From NCBI RefSeq assembly GCF_009914755.1, contig NC_060946.1: a DNA stretch of 64,000 nt; one strand, given 5' to 3'. The notes beneath the pieces were generated by a model. The model had not been told where the DNA came from and made no database searches. It saw only the letters and a program-made list of their open reading frames with translations. The translations under genes were made by a program, and so were the position numbers. This document shows positions 1-12,584 of the stretch, piece after piece. The stretch comes from the human T2T-CHM13v2.0 reference genome, Homo sapiens. The stretch's first letter is position 1, and each line of letters begins with the position of its first letter.

Positions 1-1014
1 GCTCATTGAGAGATTTTCATTGAGTATTATTTTTTTAGACAAGAACATTGGAGAGAATGTTTTGAAAAACACATTTAACTTTGGTTATGGGGAAGATATA
101 ACAGGATACTAAAAAGTCCATATGGGAAAGGTGGGCCTTCATTAATGTCTCTTTAATTAGCCTTCATTAATTTCCCCTTAATTAGCCTTTGTTAATTTTG
201 TCATTAGTAAATCTGCCCATCCATTTATTCACTCATTCACCTGCTGCCTTCCGAGGGCCAGGCTTCTGCAGGCTGTGGACAGCCACCCCAGGGCTGTGGC
301 CGGGTGTGTTGTGGGTCTCCAGCTTCTCCCAGACCTCACGACTCTGGAAGCTGAGGTGAGCCCTGAAGAGGCAACAGCAGAAGCCCACAGCAGAGGAGAC
401 GGCAGCTTGGGCCAGGACGGTGGCCCTGGGCACGGAGGAGGGATGGACATAGGGAGCTTGCAGATGCAGGATGCAGGAAGGGCAGAAGGAACAGAGCCAA
501 GGTGACGTGTGGGCACCAGGTGTGGGAGAACGGTGAGTGTCGGTGCCTCTTGTCTGGATGGTGGAGAGAGAGCAGCTGGTTTAACAGAGAGCAGCCGGTT
601 TAACGTGGAAGGTGGTTGGTTTTCACTGGACTGTGAGTTCTTGAGGGCAAAGGCCACGTCCACCTTGTTTCCCGTGTATTCTGATGCTGGCATGAATGGC
701 AAGAGATGAAATGGAAAATAGGGAATGCTGCTGTGCTTGTGCTGAGTCTGGGGCCTGAGAAGCTCCCAGCTGCCGTGTCTGTGTGTGGCCATGGCTCCCA
801 TCTGTGGCCGCTCTGTGAGGAGCTGGTGCTGCGTGGCAGGGGCCACAGCAAATGCCTGGCACCTTTCGGGAGGTCAATCACCTGCCGGTTTCTGAGAGAG
901 ATGTGTCCCTTTTCTTTGGAATACCCCAGAATCAAAATCCATCCTCTCCACCTATGAGGGGGTTCCACCAAGCCATCGGGTGGTAGAAGGCGCAGGCTCT
1001 GGGGCCACGTAATA

Positions 1015-1371
1015 CAGACGGTCCCTGATTGACGATGGCTTCACATGGAACTTTCCAACTTTTCCATGGTGTGGACATGATACACATTCAGTTGAAACTG
1101 TGCTTTGAGGACAGAAATTCTAACTTTTGCTTTCTGTACAGTATTCCATGAATTACATGAGATAGTCCACACTTCAGTATAAAACGGGCTTTGTATTAGA
1201 TGATTTTGCCCAACCGTAGGCTGACGTAAGTGTTTGGAGCATGTTTAAGGCAGGGATGGCTAAGCTATGACACCTGGCGGGTTCTGTGTGCCCACAGCAT
1301 TTTCAGTTTATGACATTTTCCACTCACAAGGGCTCCTTCAGGCATGCCCCCTCATAAGTCAAGGGGCATCT
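1015..1371 (-). mobile_element. Tigger3a (MER7A/GOLEM-type) non-autonomous DNA transposon
   Basis: Terminal inverted repeats CAGACGGTCCC... and ...CATAAGTCAAGGGGCATCT, TA at the left end; internal TTAGATGATTTTGCCCAAC...TAAGTGTTT..AGCATGTTTAAGG matches the reverse of the recalled Tigger3a consensus. Confidence 0.8.
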
Positions 1372-1794
1372 CGGCTCCCACCCTGGACTCCTCACCTAGT
1401 GCCATGAGACGGGGTTGGCTGCCAAGGTCTACAGAGCCTCAGTTTCTGTATCTGAGGCTCGGGAAGAATCGGCTGTCCTGAAAGGTCACTGCAAGGCTGG
1501 TGCCTGTCACCTGCTGGCACCTTGTCATCTGCTGGCACCCTGTGGTGTGGCTGAGCCGGGACTTGGAGCGCTGGAGCCGTCATTGTCATTGGGAAATGGG
1601 TCTCATGGAACCTCCCCACTGCAACCCCAGCCTGAGGCAGCAGAGACCTCGTGCTGCCCTTCCTTCCTCCCCTGACGCCTGAGTCTCCTGCATGAGGCTC
1701 CCAGGCCGGAAGGCCCAGGAGGAGGTGCTGGCAACAGACTTGTTCACCAGGGCAGCAGCTCCAGCATGCAAGGCTGGTGATTGTGGCTTCCTGA

Positions 1795-1915
1795 CAGACG
1801 GGGACCAGCTCAGGATCTCGGGGGCATCTGTGGGTCTGCCCCGGCCCGGGGCCCAGACGGGGAGCAGCTCAGGATCTCAGGGGTGCCTGTGGGTCTGCCC
1901 CAGCCTGGGGCCCAG
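1795..1915. repeat. Tandem duplication, 59-bp unit x2
   Basis: CAGACGGGGA(C/G)CAGCTCAGGATCTC...GTGGGTCTGCCCC at 1795 and 1854. Confidence 0.9.
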
Positions 1916-3100
1916 CAGATGTATGTCAGTCTTTCCACAGTCACCATGTGGGGGAGCAGAGGCTCTAGGGGGCCAAGGCATGGGGCGGGCTGGGTGGCTG
2001 GTTAGCAACTGGGGAAATGGAGCTGGCACCTGCTCCCCTCGTTGCTCCATTTGGTCACTGTCTCAATAAAGTGCCTTAGTCATCTGGCTGAAGAGGTTGC
2101 CCCCTCCACAGACGAGGAGCCTGGGGTCACACTGCCTGTGTGTTCTCACCAGATTGTCCATCAGGGCGGGATGGAACTGGGAGCCGAAGCCAGGACTGTG
2201 GGAACCCTGAGCCCAGGCTTATCTAGGAAGGTCCATGGCTCGCCAGCATTCCCTTAGGCAGGGACTTCCACCTCAACAGTGTCCTGGGAAGGTGGGCATC
2301 CCGGAGCAGTCTGAGAAAGGTCCTTCTTCTGCCCCTGCAGAACACTCACTAACCATGCCCTCACCTGCATTCACCTGGGGCTCTGTGGCTGGCAGGTGCG
2401 CAGGTGTGACTGCAGCTCAGACGTTTCACCTCTCAACTTAGGATCCACCTCCCCATCCTTCCTGCTTCACCATCAAAGGACACCTGCCCCTGTTTGTGGA
2501 GACCATGGGGATGACCCCTGCGTCCCTTTCACAGGTGGACCTTTGGGCTTGTCAGGAATTTCAAATGCGATCTGAGCCAGGGCGGGTCGGCCATGCCAGG
2601 GTTCAGAGGCATGAGGCTGTATTTCTCCAAGAGACGAAAAGGCTTCTGAATAATAGAGCACAGCCCCGTGTTCTGTGTGTAATTCATGGGCCACGTGGGG
2701 GAAAGGGCTGGAGGGTGGGGCTGCCAGGGCCCCTGACATGCCAGAGCAGAGGTCTCATCAGATATGTACATTGAATAATTTCTCTGTATTAGTTCAGTCT
2801 GCAGCCTAATTCAATTAGCTTGTTTCATCTATATTCTTTGACCTTTTTATTTAAAAAAAAAATGAAAAAAAGAAACCTTGTTTCTTTCCCAGCTGGTTTT
2901 ATTTTAGCCATGATGTAATCTTTCCATCACTTTCTGGCTTTACGCTCGCTCTCTGGGCACGAGGACCTTGGAGTAGCTCCCCGCAGGCAGAGGCTGCACC
3001 AGGTGCCAGGGGCCAGAGAATGGGCCAGGGGCCAAGTGTGTGGCACCACAGACCCACCCCTCCCCTGACACCCATCAAGGCAGCCACCCACACACCCCGT

Positions 3101-3427
3101 CTCTCCAGGCGTGGCCGTGTGGCAGGTGACCTGAGCACCCCCAACTCCAGGCGTGACCCTGTAGCAGGTGACCTGAGCCCCCCTCTCTCCAGGTGTGACC
3201 CTGTGGCAGGTGACCTGCCCCCCCGCTCCAGGTGTGACCCTGTGGCAGGTGACCTGCCTCCCCCCGCCAGGCGTGGCTCTGTGGCAGGCGACCTGAGCCC
3301 CCCCTCTCTCCAGACATGACCCTGTGGCAGGTGACCTGAGCCCCCCTCTCTCCAGGCTTGACCCTGTGGCAGGTGACCTGCCCCCCCCGCTCCAGGTGTG
3401 ACCCTGTGGCAGGTGACCTGAGCCTCC
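3101..3427. repeat. Minisatellite, ~39-43-bp unit x8
   Basis: Unit CTCCAGGTGTGACCCTGTGGCAGGTGACCTG(AG)CCCCCC(TCT). Confidence 0.95.
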
Positions 3428-4444
3428 GCCTTTTTCTGCTTGTGTGGCTTGGAACGCCCAAAGGCTGCGGGTGGAGGGGCTGCCTTGCCAGGTCCAGCCC
3501 AGCTGACTTACAGGACTGAGGGCCACAGGACGGTGCCCATGGACAGGATATTGCATCCCCACCGGGCCCCAAGACATTCCCCAGACCACCAATGTGTCCA
3601 GGCTTGCATTCTCTGAGACTTGGACCCTCCAGGAAGCATGATAAGGTGATAAGGACACTGTGATCTGCCCTCAAGTCCCCCAAATTGTAGAAACAGGGAC
3701 CTGGGATCGTGCACAGGGCATAGAATAAAACCCCGGGAACCCACACTTGAGCTTCCAAAGCCCAGGGCCCAGCTCTTGTCGGCCCAGAGACCTTCCCTGC
3801 TGGCCCTGACATCCCAGCTCAGAGCCCCGGCCCCTCCGGCTCCCTCTGCCCCGACCATGGGCTGCTCCTGATGGATCCTGCCCTCTCCCTGCATGGCCTC
3901 CCCTCTTCGGAGGGGTCTTCCTGCACCACCCCCTGCAACACCTGTGGCCCCCAGTCACTGACGGACTCACCCACCTTCTGTCCTTCTTCACTTTCAGATC
4001 TTTCCGGTTTTGAACACGGTTTTGCATGCTGTGTTTTGCTCCCTGCCTATTTCTACCTCCCACCTCCCCTGAGGCAGAGGCCCCCTCTCATGCGTTCCTT
4101 GTACCCCCCAGTTTTCCTTCAGGGGAGCGCCATGGACCTTGGAGCCCTGAACTCGAAGCGCATCCTCTGGCCGGGTCATGCCAAGGCTTGTGATGCAGCC
4201 CAAGGGGGTGTTCCGAGAATCAGGGAGCATCGGTGCACAATTCCAGGTGCAGGGTAAGCGTATGGCCTCCTCGGGAGCTGGGGATGGTCCCCAACCTTTC
4301 CAAAGAGCACCGTGTGGGAGGGGGAGGGAAAGTGACTCTGCAGAGGAGACACCTGAGGGACATACCTGAGCCAGGCGACGAGGGTCAAGCCCATTGTGCT
4401 GGGCCCTGCGGATGGTCTGGGCCCTCGCACAGTGTGGTGAGAAC

Positions 4445-5208
<764 letters not shown>

Positions 5209-6973
5209 GTGTATGCACAGACGTGTTTATTGAAACGTCACTTATGAGCAAAGGGGATGGCCTCGTGTCATGCGAGGCCTTGTGCAGCAAGGGACTGCGT
5301 GACCCTCGAACTCCCAGCAGTTCACCTGCATCCAAATTACATTACACTTTGGCTGGAAGATACAATCTGTAGATTCTGTAAGGAGATCATCACAACTCTA
5401 TAAATATGTGACGTCTGGGAAAACGGATGGAAAGAAACGCACTGGAATGTGCCCTGTGCTATTTCCCAGGGCTTCTGAGCAAGTGTTAATTAGTTGGCTG
5501 AGAGATGAGTGCACACCTGGGCAGGTGCAGCCCAGGGCAGGCAGCAGGAAGGGCGACTGCAGGCGGGCTTCCCCGGCGGAGGCTCGTGGTGGCAGGAGCA
5601 TGGGGCGGGCGTACCATCCTAGAGCAGAGCTACGGGGAGTCCGCATTCAGTTGCACGCCATCCAGGGCTGTAAATCCATTGGCCTAATTTTGCTAAATAA
5701 GCAGTGGCCTTGCAAAATCTGAGCTTCCGAGCTGAGTGTGAACATCCAGGCCCTGAGATGAGGTTCGGTTTTGACACCATCCCAGGAGCTGCCGGCTCTT
5801 TGGAGCTGGTGCTAGGAGAAGGCAGCGGAGCCACGCCATGGCCACCAATGGGCTACTGCTGCACCCATCCTATTAGCAGGCACCAGCCTTCTCTTCTCGG
5901 AAGATTAAAAATTTTGGGAGTAAATCCAGGTCTTGTCTGACATGACATTTTGGAAGCAAAAGCTCAGAAACTTTTGTGCTCCCTGTTAATAGGATAACAT
6001 GCTACAGTAGTTACAGTAATTGCCCGGCGCTCCCCTCTGCCTGCTGGACGCTCCCTCTGCTGCTGGATGCAGGCTTGGAGCTGCTGCCTACACCGGAAAT
6101 GAGCCCCAATGAGCAGCAGGCGGGATCGGGGCAGACGGCTGGCTGGGAGCCGCCATCATTCAAGGCGGGCATCATTTAGGAGACGAAATGCCGACTGGCC
6201 TCTGTTGCCTCACTGAGCTCCCCCCAAAACCTGGATCTGGGGCCTGAAGCCTCATCATGAAAACCACCCCATCCTAGCACCCGCCAAGGGGAAGATCATG
6301 GGGAGAGGAGGCAGGAAGGAGCTTCATGTTTCCCAGGACTGTGGCTGGACAAAGGCCTCCTCACACCTGGGCACTGGAGTTCTTGGGTTCTTGTCTGGGG
6401 GCTGCTGGCAGCAGGTGGGTTTGTCCACAAGGTCGCTGTACCAGGAGATGGGCTTGAGGGATCCCGGTGATGCATAAAGCCCCCAGCACGGGGGCCGTTG
6501 CCTCCCTGTGACGCCCCGTGGAGCGCACTTCAGGTCCACAGCATGGTCATGTGGATTTCGAATGCAGATATTACAAGGGGGCATCTGAGTCCAGGCTGTC
6601 CTGATGGGTTCAGAGCCCAGGACAGCCCAGGGGAAGGGCAGGAAGGGCAGGTGCATGTCCAGGGCCACGTGTGATCACCAGACCCCTGTGTCCCGTGGTG
6701 CACACCCCTCTTGCCTCTTGGCCACGGGGTCCACTCTGTGACCAGCGAGGATACTTGGGACCTTCTTGCTTTGACGCAATGGGCCGAGTGACCGGGCGGC
6801 TGTGGGACCCCAGTAAGTACCACCTGCCATCTCCCCTCGGGCAGGAAAGATGGCACCAGAGACTTGTGATCAGAAGCTTGGAAGCTTCCGGAAGACAGTG
6901 AGGGGAAGCCGAAGTGGAAGACCTGGTCAGAGTGTAGCAGAGAAAGGCACAGTGGAGGCGAAGAACGTGGCTA

Positions 6974-7153
6974 TGAGGCCCCCAGGCTGCTGGGAGCCCT
7001 GGAGACGTGCAGGCTGAGGCACCCCAGGCCGCTGGGAGCCCTGGAGACGTGCAGGCTGAGGCACCCCGGGCCGCTGGGAGCCCTGGAGACGTGCAGGCTG
7101 AGGCACCCCGGGCCGCTGGGAGCCCTGGAGATGTGCAGGCTGAGGCACCCCAG
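6974..7153. repeat. Minisatellite, 42-bp unit x4
   Basis: GCTGGGAGCCCTGGAGACGTGCAGGCTGAGGCACCCCGGGCC repeated; appears as a 14-aa repeat in the ORF track. Confidence 0.95.
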
Positions 7154-7385
7154 TCCCCACACAGTTGTCTGGCTCCGTTTCTGACACCTCCTGTCTGTCT
7201 CCTGTGTGGTGGAGGCTTCAGCCCCCAACAGGTGGACGGGGTGCCGGCCAGGGTGCCCACTGCACTGTGGCTTTCGGCTAACGGCTTGGTCATTTCCACC
7301 TCAACAGCTCCCCTTTCCTCCCTAATCAGCAAGTCCTGTAGGTTTGTGTTCTATTCTCAAAAATCCCAAACTCCTGCTCCTCTGT

Positions 7386-7522
7386 CCACCCCACAGCCCC
7401 ACCCAAAGCCCCACCCACAGCCCCCACCCACAGCCCCACCCACGGCCCCCACCTACAGCCCCACCCACAGCCCCACCCACAGCCCCACTTACAGCCCCAC
7501 CCACAGCCCCCACCCACAGCCC
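7386..7522. repeat. C-rich 12-bp repeat (CCCACAGCCCCA)n
   Basis: About 11 degenerate copies; the minus strand reads TGGGGCTGTGGG. Confidence 0.9.
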
Positions 7523-8505
7523 TCCCCCAGTCCAAGACCCCACCCCTCTCCCCAGATGCCCCAGCTGCAGGCTCTGCTCGGACCTCACTCCAACGTCAAC
7601 TATTGCACCTGAGAAATGCCCTCGGGACTTTGCAAATTCCATTTCCTCTCTGTCTGGATCCCCCTCCCAACCCCGCCAGCCAAATCCCCTGCCTGCCAAC
7701 CCTACACCCCACCCGACGGACTCCAGCTCGGCCCCCGGCTCTGCCCTCACTGCCCAGGCTTTGGGAGCCCACCCAGGACCAGGCTGAACCCGTCTGCAAT
7801 TTGCTTCCAGGGCCACCTGCAGCCAGGTGTGTGCCAGTCACCGTCTTGGGCTTGCAGTGATCAGGCCAACAACCATCTGCAGGGAGGGTGGCTGCTGTCC
7901 CAGGACAGAGACTGTGCCTCCCCTACTCCCATCCCCACCGCCACACAGCCTGGGATGGAAGCCGGTGCTCCTGGGAGGAGACTGCAGGGCACTTTCCTTG
8001 TCAATCCAGCAGTTCAGGGGCCAGGGAGAGTGATGCAGAGAGGGGAGAATGGGACATCATTCTTCAGGGGGCAGGGAGCACACAGGGATTTCTGGTCAAC
8101 CCAGGAAAAGGCCCCGAGAGAGACACTAGCGAGCCCTGGCGAGCGCCCATGTGCCTGCGAAGGGGAGCCCAAGGAAGGCCCTACCTGTAGCTCGGCTGGC
8201 CGGCAGGCAGGAGCTCCTGTGAGCGGCTCTTCCCCACCGCAGCAAAACCTTTGCAGTCGGCATCGCACTGGTCATTCTTAAAACCTTCGTCTGCTCAAGA
8301 AACTTCCATGGCAGCTGCTGACCCCTTGGGAAGAAAGTCCAAACTTCACAGCCAGACCCTCCGTGTTGCAGTGTCCATCCTCACGCCCTGGCTATGATGT
8401 CCAGGCCCCTGCGTCCTCCCTGAAGTGTTAGGCCAGGATGTCCTTCTGAGCCTACCAGCCATGGTAAAGTGCCCTGTGCTGTTGATGGGAGGATGGATAC
8501 GAAGA

Positions 8506-8740
8506 GAGATGATGATAGATCTAGGCACAGATACACAGATACCTGGATGATAGACACGATGGATAGGTGCCTCTCTCTGTATAGAGATGATAGATCTAGG
8601 CACAGATAGACAGACACCTTGATGATAGACAGATGATGGATAGGTGCCTCTCTCTGTATAGAGATGATGATAGATCCAGGCTGAGATACACAGATACCTC
8701 GATGGTAGACAGATGATGGATACACACCTCTCTCTCTCTA
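8506..8740. repeat. Degenerate ~77-bp tandem repeat x3 (GATA-rich)
   Basis: GAGATGATAGATC(T/C)AGGC..AGATA at 8506, 8584 and 8661. Confidence 0.85.
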
Positions 8741-8809
8741 TATATATATGTATATATATATATATATGTACATGAATATATATAAATCGTATATATATAT
8801 AATAAATAT
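8739..8809. repeat. (TA)n-rich microsatellite
   Basis: Direct reading of the sequence. Confidence 0.9.
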
Positions 8810-9679
8810 GTGGGGACTATGAGTAAATATTTGTACTTCTCATTGCTAAGTCTTTCAAAGTTTGCTTTGGATTAAAAGAACAAAAAGAGTTGTCCAGGAG
8901 CAAATGATGAGACAGCACAGCCCTGCGTCCCTCCCAGCCTCAGGCTGATCACAGGACACCTGTCAGGGTGAAAGTACGCAGGACGTGCCGCAGGTGAGCC
9001 GAGCCAGCACCGCCCACCGAGCCTCCACAGAAGATCCTCCACGGTTCCAGGATGGACAGTCCCTACAAAATCAGCCCTGAGAATCACTGAACTTCACAAA
9101 TTGTCCAAGGACGAGGCACGTCGACTTCGGCAGATGAAGTTTCTTTCCCGAAGTTGTTTTTCAACACAGCGAGCAGTTCTCAGAAACACTTTGGGTGGCT
9201 TATCTGGGAAGTTATATCTGCTCACTTGGCAGCCCTTTCCACATCTTACAGTGGAGCACAGCCGGTCACAGCATCGATACTGTGCACAGTTTAAAACCAT
9301 CTGAATGTTGTCTTCTTGGAACATTTCAGAAACCTGCAAAATTAGTTGATAGGAAGGCATGAAGGCAGTGCCTCTAGCTCCATCGTGCTGCACATCTCCA
9401 TGAGAAAATTGAAGCTCATCCTTCCAAGCTGCTGGTGACCCTCAGGATGGGTGAGCATGCGCTTGGCCTAAGAATCCCAGCCAACCTCAGCCGAGGGGAG
9501 CCCCTTCCTGCTCCCCCCACGACCTGCTGCTTTGCTGTTCGCCACCAAAACTCCCCGTGCGTGCCGGAAAGAGGTGAGGGTGACGATACTGGGCTGACTC
9601 CAGCAACGGTGCAGCCCTCACATGGCCTTCGATGTGGGAGGGCCATGCTTGTGTTTGTGGGGAGCCCCTTAGAGGACAG

Positions 9680-9860
9680 CCTCCCTCCCTCCCTCCCTCC
9701 CTCCTTCCCTCCTTCCCTTCCTTCCTCCCTCTCTTCCTTCTTCCCTCCCTCCACCCCTTTCTTCCTCCCTCCCTCCCTCCCTCCCTTCCTCCCTTCCTTC
9801 CTTCCTTCCTTCTTTCCTTTCTTCCTTCCTTCCTTCCCTCCTCTTTCCTTCCTCTTCCCC
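9680..9860. repeat. (CCTT/CCCT)n polypyrimidine simple repeat
   Basis: Nearly pure C/T tract. Confidence 0.95.
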
Positions 9861-10222
9861 CAAAGGCCTATTAATCACTGGCTGTGTGTGGGCATCTGGG
9901 CCCTGGACATAGGTCAATGAACAAAACGACATCCCTCTACTCTCCTAGGTTTGTGTCCCAGGGTGACAACAGCAGCACCACTGATGCCTTCCATGAGCCT
10001 CCAAGCTTGGTGCATCTCAGCACAGCTGGGCCTAGCCCAGGCTGGTTCCTCTGGCCCTAGACCCCCTCCCACCTTTCACACCCTCTGGGCCTTTCAGCAG
10101 GTGCTGCCTGGACTCCTGTGTCTCGGACACTTTTCAGAACTGCATGGAGAGTGCACTGCAGGTGGGGTCTATCTGTACAAAGACCGTGAAGGCACCATCC
10201 AGGTGCAGAGACAGGAGCTTGG

Positions 10223-10360
10223 CGAGGTAACGGGGGCGGGGAGGGGGTGTGGAGGGGTAACGGGAGTGCAGAGGGGGTGTGGAGGGGTAACGGGAGTGCA
10301 GAGGGGGTGTGGAGGGGTAATGGGGGCAGGGACGGGGTGTGGAGAGGTAATGGGGGCAGG
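10223..10360. repeat. G-rich minisatellite, 30-bp unit x~4.5
   Basis: GGGGTGTGGAGGGGTAACGGGAGTGCAGAG repeated. Confidence 0.95.
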
Positions 10361-10384
10361 AAGGCCTTGGCCAAGGCAATCATG

Positions 10385-10499
10385 GCCATCCATGCTTCCT
10401 GTACAGCCTGCAGAACCATGAGCTAATTAAACCTCTTTTCTTTATAAATTACCCAGCCTCAGGTGTTTCCTTATAGCAGTGCCAGAACAGACTAACACA
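10385..10499 (+). mobile_element. MST (MaLR) LTR 3' fragment including its poly(A) signal
   Basis: CATGCTTCCTGTACAGCCTGCAGAACCATGAGCTAATTAAACCTCTTTTCTTTATAAATTACCCAGCCTCAGG...GACTAACACA matches the MSTA/B 3' end. Confidence 0.85.
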
Positions 10500-10764
10500 C
10501 AGCCCTACACATTCTGAATATCTTCTTGGGGCTGGGCACCTGTATGTCTGGGTGTGGGACTCGGGCTCTGGAATGGAATGAAGGGTGTGATCATGCTCCA
10601 GGCGAGAACCTGGGTGCCACCTGTGTTGGGCCTGCCTCTTCCCACGCACCACCCCTCACTGCCCTGCTAAGGAGCAAGAGCCAAGTGGGCTGAGAAATCC
10701 CACTGCTACCCCAGTGAGCAGAAGATGGACTGGAGAAGACAAACCGAGCTACACGAAGCAGGTG

Positions 10765-11250
10765 TGGGATCTGCCTGCGTGCTCTGAACCACGGCATGGA
10801 GATCCGCCCGTGTCTCTGAACCATGGCGTGGAGATCCACCTGTGTCTCTGAACCACTGCGTGGAGATCCGCCTGCGTGCTCTGAACCACGGCGTGGAGAT
10901 CCACCCGTGTCTCTGAACCGCAGCGTGGAGATCCACCCGTCTCTGAACCGCAGCGTGGAGATCCACCCATCTCTGAACCGCAGCGTGGAGATCCACCCCT
11001 GTCTCTGAACCGCAGCTTGGAGATCCACCCGTGTCTCTGAACCGCAGCGTGGAGATCCACCCATGTCTCTGAACCACAGCATGGAGATCCGCCCGTGTAC
11101 TCTGAACCATGGCGTGGAGATCCACCCGTGTCTCTGAACCATGGCGTGGAGATCCACCCGCATGCTCTGAACCACGGCATGCAGATCCACCCGTGTCTCT
11201 GAACCATGGCATGGAGATCCACCCGTGTACTCTGAACCACGGGCGTGGAG
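10765..11250. repeat. Minisatellite, 30-32-bp unit x~15
   Basis: CTCTGAACC(G/A)C(A/G)GCGTGGAGATCCACCCGTGT repeated. Confidence 0.97.
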
Positions 11251-11438
11251 GCAAGAACAGCCGGTGTCCAAGGGCTCCGAGTCCACTCACCGCCAGCCCC
11301 ATCCCGAATTCCTGCCTTGCCACAAAGAGTCACCTTTAAGTGTTGATCCTAAGGAAACAGAGTAAACAGATGTGGAAGTGAATTGTCAAGAATAATCACA
11401 GAAAATAAAACAGCACAGGGTTTCCTTTAAAAGCATCA

Positions 11439-11781
11439 CTGTGGACCGAATTCATATGTTAAAGCCCAACCCCAATGAGACAGTATTTGGAGATAGGGCC
11501 ATAATTAAGATTAATGAGGTCTTTAGGATGGGGCCCTAAGCCAATTGGACTGGTGTCCTTAGAAGAAGAGGCTCTGGGGTGCAGGTGCACAGAGAAAGGA
11601 TCCATGAAAACACAGCAAGGAGGTGGCCGTCTGCTAGGCAGGGAGAGGCCTCGCCAGGGACCAACCGAACCCATGCCGCCATCCTGTACTTCTAGCCTCC
11701 TAGACGGTGAAAAAGTAAATCAGTGCTATTTAATCCATCCAGTCTGTGGTATTTTGTCATGTCAGCCAGTGCAGACTAAGG
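11439..11781 (+). mobile_element. MLT1A/B-type MaLR solo LTR
   Basis: ATTCATATGTTAAAGCCC..GTATTTGGAGATAGGGCC..GACTGGTGTCCTTAGAAGAAGAGG..CAGTCTGTGGTATTTTGTCATG..GACTAAG. Confidence 0.8.
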
Positions 11782-12584
11782 CGGCACAGGAATACCCTCC
11801 ACCCACGTGGCCCAGCCTGTATCCCAGGCTCTGAGTCACATTAGCACACCTTTCACCTTGGGGAAAGCAGAACCAGAGGCCGCTGGGCGGTGGAGCTCGC
11901 TTCTTCTTGAGCACAGTGGATCCTTGGAAGAAGGGAGGGTGGTGAGAAATGGGCAGAGGCCAATCTTCAATGGGAGGGCTGGATCCTGTCTCCAGGCCCA
12001 GGGATGGGTGAGTTTTAAATCAAGAGTACTTGGCCACACCAGAGGGCCAGCTGCCAGGGTGATCTGGCCCCCGAGGGCTTGTCTTGTCTAAGAAATATCA
12101 CAGGAGTGCGGTCCTCTGCACGCATAAGGTCGTCTGAGGGGTGACCTTACTCACTGCCCATCCATCCTGCACCAGGCTGGCCCCTGCCACGAGGCTTTGC
12201 AATCAAGGATTCCCAGCGCCACTAGGACTTGTTGCCTGCCCAGAGTTTCTCATGTCCATGCTAAGAAAATCCGTCTCCACTCCAGGTGCCTCTGCAGGCA
12301 TATCTGTGACCCCCGGAGACAGGGATCCACTACCAAGAGTGGCTCTGTCAGGCCTGAGATGAGCTGTGGCTTTGCAGGCTGGCTTCCTCCCTCTATATGA
12401 TGCTTTCCGAACAAGCTTAGAGGAAAATGTCACAGCTCTTTCACCTGCACAGGAAGGCAACCCTCAGCCCCCAGCCACACGAGTGGGAGCCAGGAGGAGC
12501 ACTGTAGCCTGCACTCTCATCTCAGGGACAGCCAGCACTTCACATCTGCAGAAGCAATAAGGACATTACAATTGCATATCAGTA

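Noticed and set aside
10765-11250. CRISPR-like appearance of the ~30-43-bp arrays (also 3101-3427 and 30548-31065)
   Set aside because: Units are contiguous with no unique spacers, there are no cas genes, and the DNA is primate.
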